DNA of 34,695 nt. Origin: Trichomonas gallinae (lineage: Eukaryota). The DNA is taken from the NCBI GenBank assembly GCA_008369845.1, contig MRSU01005281.1, positions 1-34,695 on the forward strand. The letters run 5' to 3'. The translations under genes and the position numbers were made by a program. Positions 28,701-34,695 of the stretch are shown piece by piece. The notes beneath the pieces are model-generated. The model was not told the DNA's origin. It did no database searches and saw nothing but the letters and a program-made list of their open reading frames with translations. Each line of letters opens with the position of its first letter. Within the stretch, counting starts at the first letter, position 1.

Positions 28701-30680
28701 TTTGTCTCTAAATTTATCGCGAATATAACTGATTCATCGAAAAAGGATGCTTTCGGCATTGTAAGATTTTTGGAAAAGAATGATTTAGGACTGATTTTGA
28801 GGCATTCTCTCACTGAGCATGATTGCGATGATTCATTTTTCGTAACAGTGAGAAGAGGCTTGAATACAGTGGTTAATTATTTAGGCGAATGGAATGATAC
28901 AGACTTCACTAAAAATGGTGACATCGCTGACAGTAATAAACTGATTATTGAAGAGCCATTGATCAATCTCAGACACTTCTATTTTGATAGAGCACTGAGC
29001 GGAATTCCAAGCTTCCCCGACGTCGCTCAAGAAGTTTGCACGGAAACATTGAAATACCAGGATTTGCCTGTTTTCAAAGTCGCCATGGATTATCTCTGGG
29101 GCGATGGAACGCTGCAAGGTATTGCTCAATCAACGAAAGGCTTGTCAAAGAAATTGTCGGAATTAGTCACCCCAGATAATCTCGATGAATATTTGATATT
29201 CAGAGACTTAAGGAGGCTGTCTAAATCTGCTTCGAAACTGAACTTATTTGAGTTCTGGTTTAAGCCTAAGACTGGTTCCTCTTTGCATTTGCAGAGCCGC
29301 TACAATACAATAAGAGAGAATATAATTTCTATTGCCTCAAATGTCTCTCAGTCCAACAACATATACAAAGCTGACTCGATTTTGAGGCGCAAATTCACGA
29401 AAACCCTGTTAAGTCACATATCAGCTGATGCCAAGCAACTGAGAACATCAGACATGTCAGCATCATCGATGATCAATTTCATTTTGTCGCAGCATGTTAA
29501 AAACAACGAGGAGGTTAAATTGCTTCAAAACTTGATCCAAAAATCACTGACAGCAAATGCTTCAAGCGATGCTGCATTCATGGCTTTTTATAACATTGTC
29601 GATAAACTCAATGATGTTGAAATCAAAGATATTTTGACGACAGCTCCAATTCCTTTCACTTGGAACAATGTTTTCGTTGAAAAACTTGCTAAGCAGCGAA
29701 ACCCAGGACAATACGTCCAATTTATCCATCCCGCCTTCAAGTTCATGTTCTCTAGGTATGGAATTCAAATAATAGATGAATTTTCTACTGCGACAATTTC
29801 TGTCATCGACAATATCTCTTCACTGATCGATAACTCGAACATTCTTGAGCACGAAGATGAAGATATGTCAGGGCAATTGATTGGCCGCTGGATTACACAG
29901 AACAGCTACGCTCCGATGTATGAATATCATGATGCGAAAATTTTCAAAGTCACTATTTCAACAGAAAGCTCATCCGTTGTTGTTTCGATTTTGCTGAACA
30001 ATGGAAAGAAACTAAACTACTTGGTTACGAAATCCAGGGTTTGTGAACCAACAACAGCTGTTTTTGCTCATTGCATCAGCAAGGTTATGAGCCAAAGCCC
30101 AGGATCTTTATCTCGAAAACAGAAACTAATCAAAGTTGATTCTATAGACATTGGAAATGATTTGTTCATGTCGCTGACGAATGCAAGAAAATTATTCACA
30201 GAAGAAGTCGATGGAAAAGAAAGAGCAGGATTCACTTCAAGTAAGGAATACTTCGATTGGTCTATGCTCTTCGCGTCAAGACTTGCAGCACTCAATGCAG
30301 TCCACTTCGCGAGGAATAAATCTATCGACTACAAGAACGCATTATTCGACAAAAAATCCGCTTCCATCATTTCTCCGTCGTTTAACACACAAGATCCATT
30401 TGTTATCCAGTTCCCTGAAGTCACAAATCTCATCATTTCAAGTATTGGGGCACTTGGTCCATTCCGCGCAGGCTTCATTGCTGCATCTGATGCAATAATG
30501 CAGAAAATGGCGAAATTCATGGCCCTGGGAGTAACTTTGTTTGACGACTCCGATGAATCTGCAAAGGAATCAGAGCAGCGCATTTCGAGTGTCTCTCTGA
30601 GAAAGGCAAACACAACATCAGAAATTATAGAAATGCAGAAGAAAGTTAATTCTCTCATCCAAGCTGCAAATATTGTATAA
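22770..30680 (+). CDS. TRRAP/Tra1-like PIKK-family pseudokinase (2636 aa)
   Basis: Very long helical-repeat body. The C-terminal region parallels the TRRAP pseudokinase domain as recalled: NGKKLNYLV (cf. HNGKIYPYLV), EYFDWSMLFASRLAAL (cf. DYWTFRKMFTIQLAL), ISSIGALGPFRAGFIAA (cf. LTTIGVSGPLTASMIAV), QKKVNSLIQAAN (cf. ESKVNTLVAAAN). No DRH/DFG kinase motifs are present. Confidence 0.7.
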   Translation: MSEESRNKEERIPIPQAKTIDRAAFKNLIQALETTPDSPDLYNLTLQLLDGLSPEDIAKSHVLISNSAFSGTINLVNKSKPSKIHSNAFGVIEMLRIPLPDNTVLSPPFEKLAPELEYLDSSTIGYIVNILKSTIDSAAIDAIPKILRIFSLANFLANIVLKEINQNLNQLSSELIIQAIPILHIVMRSLQSKASEQIVIPPIVVQTANNLLNFELSEQPLSIQQPFITMKHKYINVISHRPRAFGFQEDQIANLLIKLLLEVSTSSFTQFYEIFNDLPQTLSKFKIDQPGIQNLHNLIQFMINRSGIYSDESSFYAKFILQIIKSQPLLANEYAYICYSLSILHSVDLKLYERLKIFPTLFSRIKPNMLQNDSIIRFASNVIYDFIIELLDSLDQLKTVEFENIDIQLVSDLQITGEAFIKYIEFTKLAIKISDPQSTQTQDLQFPGKIQEFNAYIQAMSRSIEFIHKFGENFQLISKKFQSPIITKEKDKKLTQEIWQQTIQFSKKCEKVQQAYNTMIQTFIQKILEPIPKGLQKSIWDSYFTTIFNRSSIPKFDSNFATTVLANPEIFANFFLSFCSTINMIRSGSNIIKILKFTQKMLDTFTAIQKPAQKPGVPKLIPKFLSLIKNYSLTYSTYIHSIKVIQSLFKFMSSLGIENRFITSDKVVFDLLSPILSFRGISVSVLDFILYCGSLAPSFYSHPIITDVVLFSLNTSTEKAIQILGEIHKHHPKQFQRPEVASALMTSLVSNLTNIHGDTKNLALKLIRNNYPLTEISDDFKFPESASLIELHKGKNIIPIDSHNFLMATLKALLDNPENELAQNLLIDSTTSFFTVENFTNNMREQLADLFIHTYAALRSNSAVFEKVCLGILKNFPDDPTVHAHVLTGSYQSQVFTTIQKIIAAKLDSTDKFTRFTNELVLIYDLKYYNFSTVFRMILKFIRNEIPSENIDVYSYISLIAAIAPDLVKDEPNMCSKQTNLQEINVLRSWICKSVIHCREIYSRNPQSTKKIINNIMNSGNFIVTSIFAEVLYDAVVNPDIKQSIEDAIDSCLDDANSAKNIRNLGILLRISPSQIKEFQPQLTKLIQKFDFQNNMQTALLFLPPLIESKLFDIPIQIPQIFKYIEMNAGIFRLPATQILQSLYPQHSQQIDTLITQQWDKLIQPFDLIVKAPFVVPANLHHLAELFVDIIPEKLAKILIAILQNSVQNTKTPINNPTGQMDIIGYLSVVIKQLTTSNSIFKYLKSSNTIKSAFQAIATAYTGISLLPSIQNNGYIASFIRRASEEAFDYLLTEKDSNFITMIYLIIDDKKLKNFQNLIVTRSEQIISMFLNYPEIVSIVSRSLGSIACDSYDKVLMNIIKMEIKNITANFGSFSTMTFKSIAQHFALSDLKTFLEMTALVFEAKNSYLINTILIIFNQIVKDENFNKIVFMDYQIPQSIAKNFIYNISFAFAKVYPELVDEYLQKMLMNAGIYIAARFASLLVEKKFTISGLEFLIFDFYSKAVTELDKIACIALWARAPPTLRFLEIFTEYLSLLRVINTIESNEIYKSLKIPKEIDCSDVIKALTESAALSRGNYKITWTHLQIIANNLEYFKPHMTQLYHFLIEIALIFSSIRHLQRLHHYFKYNTPITTILTECSTLPKEKRGIMARYTIQILQFAFDVIGQNQEYFRLFGAEVFPSIERLYKCFELPPYFPDNMFETLKKMYARISQYNQQQMSQLNQMQLMQRQAEFQTFETYLGSLTNILKNVLGSQTFKLNEGIPSFFVELSGHSSTSIWNTACFGLMNACHFPGVTEKLIDQWPSMKDRQPEHVFNVIWGAKGNGSGRSGVMIKYLSNIIETVEWYNFPSFYASLSTMLLTVLSRPAENTVSTLMSLIESSLDDLTNLKKRSTVMLLSQYLLLSNAKHSRAAFSLFNNEQFFREFFMSVPSYVIKQIPMADLQRTIVQNIDSLENSLLKIPQEIVDFHINNQLSAAAFVSKFIANITDSSKKDAFGIVRFLEKNDLGLILRHSLTEHDCDDSFFVTVRRGLNTVVNYLGEWNDTDFTKNGDIADSNKLIIEEPLINLRHFYFDRALSGIPSFPDVAQEVCTETLKYQDLPVFKVAMDYLWGDGTLQGIAQSTKGLSKKLSELVTPDNLDEYLIFRDLRRLSKSASKLNLFEFWFKPKTGSSLHLQSRYNTIRENIISIASNVSQSNNIYKADSILRRKFTKTLLSHISADAKQLRTSDMSASSMINFILSQHVKNNEEVKLLQNLIQKSLTANASSDAAFMAFYNIVDKLNDVEIKDILTTAPIPFTWNNVFVEKLAKQRNPGQYVQFIHPAFKFMFSRYGIQIIDEFSTATISVIDNISSLIDNSNILEHEDEDMSGQLIGRWITQNSYAPMYEYHDAKIFKVTISTESSSVVVSILLNNGKKLNYLVTKSRVCEPTTAVFAHCISKVMSQSPGSLSRKQKLIKVDSIDIGNDLFMSLTNARKLFTEEVDGKERAGFTSSKEYFDWSMLFASRLAALNAVHFARNKSIDYKNALFDKKSASIISPSFNTQDPFVIQFPEVTNLIISSIGALGPFRAGFIAASDAIMQKMAKFMALGVTLFDDSDESAKESEQRISSVSLRKANTTSEIIEMQKKVNSLIQAANIV

Positions 30681-31335
30681 AATGTTATTTTATTTATTTT
30701 TAGAAACAAAACTCATCATATTATCTGATGAATTCATGTCTATAACAATATTATCCATATACTTCAAACGAATTTGCAAGTTATTTTTCATTTTTTCGAT
30801 TTTTCGCGTTCAAATTTCCATAAATTTATTCAATTGGACGCTTATATTTATATAATATATAATACTTTTGTCATTTCTGTCAGCCTGCTAAATATTATTT
30901 GCATCAAAGAATTTTGTCTATTCTGTCTAAATAGTCAATAATCTAGTTCATATTTGTATATAATATGTAATTTTAGATGATACAAAGAATATGCTAGTGT
31001 TATAACTGAATAATTCTATTGATTATTGTAGTTTAAAGAGAGTCTGAAAATGTGTTTATTTATGTATGTTGTATGATAAATACTGTGCTATCATGCAGTA
31101 TTTACCATCAAAAACGTGTATTTTTTTTCATTATCAGATTCTCGTTTACAAATATGCCAGATTGTAAAATTATATAGTGTATATGTAATATGTTCACTAT
31201 ATTCGTTTATATATAAGCAATAATTGCATTCTTACATTTTGAGAATTTTAAATCTCAAAATTTAGAAAAATCCGTAGTTGAATATATATAATAAACATCA
31301 ACTTTTTATTAACTCTATAATTGCTATGCTGCGAA

Positions 31336-32040
31336 TCATTTACTAGAAATGCTATTTGATTTTGTCAACAAGGAGCTCTTAACACCAGTTGAAGGTGTAG
31401 ACTTTGTCTGTGCGAATGTTGTCTTACGCTTAGAAGCTTCTGCTTTCTCCTTTTCTTCCTTTTCTTTTCTGGCCTCACGTTCTTGGCGTTCAGCTTCAAG
31501 CTTCTTATCTTGCTCTTCTCTTTCTTTCTTCTCCTTTTCTTTCTTTGCCTGTTCTTGCTGTTCGCTCTCTAAATATAATTTCTTTGCTGTTTGGCTGATC
31601 TTGCTAGATATTGGATCAGCTGGAGTTGCTGAAATAGTTTCTGGTGTGTTTTGGTCTTTGATTGAGCCTGAAACAGGTGGTTCTGAAATAGAAAGATATA
31701 AATCGTATGGCTGAGGATCATTAACAGTTCTATGGCGATATCCATATGGAAGTAATGAAGGTGGTAAAAAGCTGCGTTTAACAACTTCGTCCTTAGGTTT
31801 ATCTTGATGACCACTGACTTGTTGAGATAACGATTCTTGCGGTTTTGCATTTTCTTGTTTAGATTTGCTCTCTGTTTCTTGTTCATCCGTCTGTTTAAAT
31901 AACAAAATATGATTTTTAATAAATTTATCTGGTGAAGGCCTGTTTTTATAAACCCAGGCGCAATAACCAATGATGCCAATTAAAATCAGACATATAAAAG
32001 AAAACATTATGTTTTGCAGCAAAATGATTTCTTCATCCAT
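31336..32040 (-). CDS. Hypothetical single-pass membrane protein (234 aa) with a charged coiled coil
   Basis: The likely start is MDEEIILLQ at 32040, preceded by Inr-like TCATT at 32054-32050. The upstream 42 codons of the ORF-track call run through promoter repeats. N-terminal TM segment IMFSFICLILIGIIGYCAWVY; E/K-rich segment EQQEQAKKEKEKKEREEQDKK. Confidence 0.8.
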   Translation of the reverse strand: MDEEIILLQNIMFSFICLILIGIIGYCAWVYKNRPSPDKFIKNHILLFKQTDEQETESKSKQENAKPQESLSQQVSGHQDKPKDEVVKRSFLPPSLLPYGYRHRTVNDPQPYDLYLSISEPPVSGSIKDQNTPETISATPADPISSKISQTAKKLYLESEQQEQAKKEKEKKEREEQDKKLEAERQEREARKEKEEKEKAEASKRKTTFAQTKSTPSTGVKSSLLTKSNSISSK

Positions 32041-32072
32041 GAATAAAAAAATGACCCCAAAAATTGTCTTCT

Positions 32073-32126
32073 TGACATGTAAAAATTTGTAAACTAAAAT
32101 GACGTGTAAATATTTGTAAACTAAAA
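32073..32126. repeat. 2 x 27-bp tandem duplication containing the TGACATGTAAA motif
   Basis: TGACATGTAAAAATTTGTAAACTAAAA and TGACGTGTAAATATTTGTAAACTAAAA (25/27 identical). Confidence 0.9.
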
Positions 32127-32240
32127 TGAAAAATCTTTTATTTTCATGAATGTAGCTGTATTTCATGTAGAAGCAGCTAATGTATTGCTTTGAAGGCTTG
32201 AAATTAGTGTTTTATTAAGAAGCATAAATAGAATTGTTTA

Positions 32241-32963
32241 TTAAACGATAAGCTGGTTCATTTCTTGTCTTGGTTCCCAAATAGCAATTGGCTTCTCCAA
32301 ATCGATTTCAGGTGAAGCCTTAACAATTAAGTTCAATCCTTGTCTCTTCATTAAAACGCGGAGAAGATCATAGAATTTCTGGCCTGTCATATCATGTCTA
32401 TCTGTAATAGCTGTTGTAAACTGCCTAACGAATGAATCAGCACCTGTGTGATATTTTGCATAATCTCCTGTAACTGTGAACGAAGTTGCACCATCTGTAT
32501 ATGCAGATGGATTGGCAAAGATGCTAGTTTCTCCAGAGAACTCGCCAATAAGAGTCAATGGAACGTTTGGAACACGATATCCATTCACTAATGCAATAAA
32601 CTCTTCATCAGGCATTGGCATGTCGTCAAAAACGAGTGTTTCCGGTCCACCTTCTCCACCTTGGCCACAAACAACGAATACGAAATGTTGATATGTTCTT
32701 CCGATGAATAATTTAAGATATTCAACGAATAATGGTGTATGTGAGTTTGCGAGGAAGTAAACATCATAGCCATATTGCTTAAATGCCTGGGCAATTGGAA
32801 CTGCGCGGTTTACTGGTGCGACGCCATTACCTTCGCGGTAACTGAGCGTTGTATTGACAACAATGAAACAGACTCTGCTCAATTTGCGTGGAATTCTTGC
32901 AAATGGCGTTTTGTTCATGTCTTTTGCATTCTGCTTGAGGTCGTAAAACTGATCAGCAGACAT
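32241..32963 (-). CDS. Metacaspase-like protein (clan CD, family C14 fold), probably proteolytically inactive
   Basis: Colinear metacaspase elements: RVCFIVVN, G..P.N.A....F..YGYDVYFL.N, FVFVVCGQG (cf. Y.GHG), ETLVFDD, LTLIGEFSGETSIF (cf. L.L.DACHSGSIW). Confidence 0.7.
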   Translation of the reverse strand: MSADQFYDLKQNAKDMNKTPFARIPRKLSRVCFIVVNTTLSYREGNGVAPVNRAVPIAQAFKQYGYDVYFLANSHTPLFVEYLKLFIGRTYQHFVFVVCGQGGEGGPETLVFDDMPMPDEEFIALVNGYRVPNVPLTLIGEFSGETSIFANPSAYTDGATSFTVTGDYAKYHTGADSFVRQFTTAITDRHDMTGQKFYDLLRVLMKRQGLNLIVKASPEIDLEKPIAIWEPRQEMNQLIV

Positions 32964-33271
32964 TTTGTATAACGTATTCTACTATAAAGTGACAAAGTTT
33001 ACAAATTTACATGTCAAATTGAAGTCAAACGATTTTGTCATGTAAATTTAACAGTATGTCAAAATGTATAGTTTACATGTCAAATAATTTAAAAGTTGGG
33101 AAATGCGTCATGTTCAGAGTATATTTAGATATGTCCATTGCACAAAAGTTTATAAAGATCTATCAGATTGTACTACGCCGGGTTTTCGTCATCAAACATC
33201 AGATATGAGAATTTTGATGTAAATTTGTTATATTACAAATATTTGCCATGTAAATATGTCAAAAATTAAAA
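32964..33271. promoter_or_regulatory. Divergent promoter with several TTTGACATGTAAA-type motifs
   Basis: TTTACATGTCAAA at 33006-33018 and 33072-33084. Variants TTTGTCATGTAAA at 33034-33046 and TTTGCCATGTAAA at 33242-33254. Inr-like TCACT on the minus strand at 32992-32988. Confidence 0.65.
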
Positions 33272-34432
33272 ATGGAGGAAATTCCAATGCCAAAGAAAAT
33301 TCCTCCAGCTGTTGAGATGAAACAGAAAGAGCTAAATATGTCGGCTAAAAAGATTGTCGATTTGCTGCAGGAGAGCTCAAAATTAGAGAACAAATTATCT
33401 GATCACGAAAAAAAAGTAAAAGAAACTGAACAACAAACAAATGAACTCGAAAAGAGGAGGATAGAAACAGAAAAGCAATTGGAAATCGAGAAAAAGAAAG
33501 CAGCTATTTACCAAGTAATGCAAGAATTTTTAGATTTCAATGCAAAACTTGAAGATTCTTTTTCAAAGAAAGATTACAAGTCTATGCTTGATTATCTTCG
33601 CCATTTGGAACAAATAGCACCAAAAATCCGCCAAACAAATACACTTGCTCAGATTAAAACAGATTCTGCTCAAAAACTCAAATTGCTATTCAATGATATC
33701 GTAAATGTCAAAGAAAAATCGATATCGTTCCCATCTGATACGAAATTTGTTGCTTTTCATGAAACTCTGAAATATCTTGATTCTGAGCGTTCATTTATTC
33801 AATTTATTGTCAATATTGTAAATAACAAATTTTTGATTACTATGCACAACCAGAACTGCAACATTGTTGTGAAAAATTTAGGAAATAGATCTATAACACT
33901 TTCAGAACGCGAAGAACCACATACACCAATGTCAGCATTAACAGAATCATGCAAATTGATACAAGAGCTACAAAATGCTTTAACAGCTGGAAAATTCAAA
34001 TTTGAAATTTCTGATTTACAGATTATTGGCAATACTGCATTAGAGTTCGGAATATCACAGACTGGTGGGTTGCTTGTCGATACAGAAAAAGCTGCAAACC
34101 AACTATGCAAATTATGTCACATCGATAGCATAAATATGAACGATTTGGCTAAACAATCAAAACTTCCACAAACGTTAGAGCGCTGCCGTAAGTTAATGAG
34201 GGAAGGAAAATTATTCGGAGATTCTGTAAATTTGATGATGTCAATTTTCGAAGGTACACCTTCAGAAGGAATTCTCACCAAACTTGCGGTGCTTGCACTC
34301 GTTGAATGGAAAGATGATGCTGAAAAATTGAAAACTGCATTTCCAATTTTCATTGCTATGGGAACAAATGAATCCCTTCAATGCATGATGATGTTCCAGA
34401 AGAGAATAGATGAGCTCAAATCGCTTAAGTAG
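33272..34432 (+). CDS. Coiled-coil protein, possibly ZW10/Dsl1 N-terminal-like (386 aa)
   Basis: N-terminal coiled coil. FNAKLEDSFSKKDYKSMLDYL and EEPHTPMSALTESCKLIQELQNAL recall ZW10 segments (F...L..KDY..A...L; EHPSPSEVF.K...VLE.L.K.L). The CDS is solid; the family call is tentative. Confidence 0.5.
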   Translation: MEEIPMPKKIPPAVEMKQKELNMSAKKIVDLLQESSKLENKLSDHEKKVKETEQQTNELEKRRIETEKQLEIEKKKAAIYQVMQEFLDFNAKLEDSFSKKDYKSMLDYLRHLEQIAPKIRQTNTLAQIKTDSAQKLKLLFNDIVNVKEKSISFPSDTKFVAFHETLKYLDSERSFIQFIVNIVNNKFLITMHNQNCNIVVKNLGNRSITLSEREEPHTPMSALTESCKLIQELQNALTAGKFKFEISDLQIIGNTALEFGISQTGGLLVDTEKAANQLCKLCHIDSINMNDLAKQSKLPQTLERCRKLMREGKLFGDSVNLMMSIFEGTPSEGILTKLAVLALVEWKDDAEKLKTAFPIFIAMGTNESLQCMMMFQKRIDELKSLK

Positions 34433-34695
34433 AAAATTTGTTTTGTTATCTCAAAAAATAAATTCATATACATATGTTTTTATCAACTTATAATAATCCG
34501 AATAGAATTTTCAATACGTGGATATTTCTATATTTGATTGAGAGATATAATTATATATATACAGTGACCCCATTTTGAAGCCGGTAAAGGCTATCGAAGC
34601 CGGAAACGGTTTTCACTCAATTTTGAATACTTTGGCAAAATGGTCGGGAAAATTATAGATCTATAATGATATATTATTTAAGATTTTTAACATTT

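Noticed and set aside
30675..30703. GT...AG segment (GTATAAAATGTTATTTTATTTATTTTTAG) spanning the TRRAP-like stop, considered as a short intron
   Set aside because: It lacks a CTAAC branch motif, and splicing gives NIKQNSSYYLMNSCL*, which is not FATC-like. It is better explained as stop/TAAA plus a U-rich 3' signal.
32041..32166. N-terminal 42-codon extension of the 276-aa ORF call
   Set aside because: It translates the 27-bp promoter duplication (ILVYKYLHV/ILVYKFLHV), and an Inr-like element sits just upstream of the ATG at 32040.

Overview
Eukaryotic, apparently intron-less, AT-rich genomic DNA. It is most consistent with a trichomonad such as Trichomonas vaginalis. This is inferred from the compact single-exon genes, TCA(Y)(W) initiator-like elements just upstream of ATGs, TAAA overlapping several stop codons, and the R2R3-Myb, BTB-BACK-discoidin and metacaspase-like families. 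There are eleven credible CDSs: an R2R3 Myb, a PP2A-A-like HEAT protein, a PPDK homologue, a 1123-aa repeat protein with 4 TM helices, a BTB/BACK/F5-8C protein, Sec3/EXOC1-like, Rcd1/CNOT9, a TRRAP/Tra1-like PIKK pseudokinase, a small membrane-anchored protein, a metacaspase-like protein and a ZW10/Dsl1-like protein. The main observations are as follows. (1) A core-promoter-like motif, TTTGACATGTAAA, lies 12-55 nt upstream of six consecutive genes and at two orphan sites. (2) Two intergenic regions (about 91-291 and 4448-4904) share at least six exact 7-13-mers in the same orientation but in shuffled order, like a modular enhancer. (3) The PPDK and the metacaspase both appear catalytically dead, and the TRRAP-like protein lacks the FATC tail. 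(4) There is a long hairpin and two degenerate tandem arrays (about 100 bp and about 113 bp units) in promoter regions. All protein assignments come from by-eye motif recognition, not database searches.
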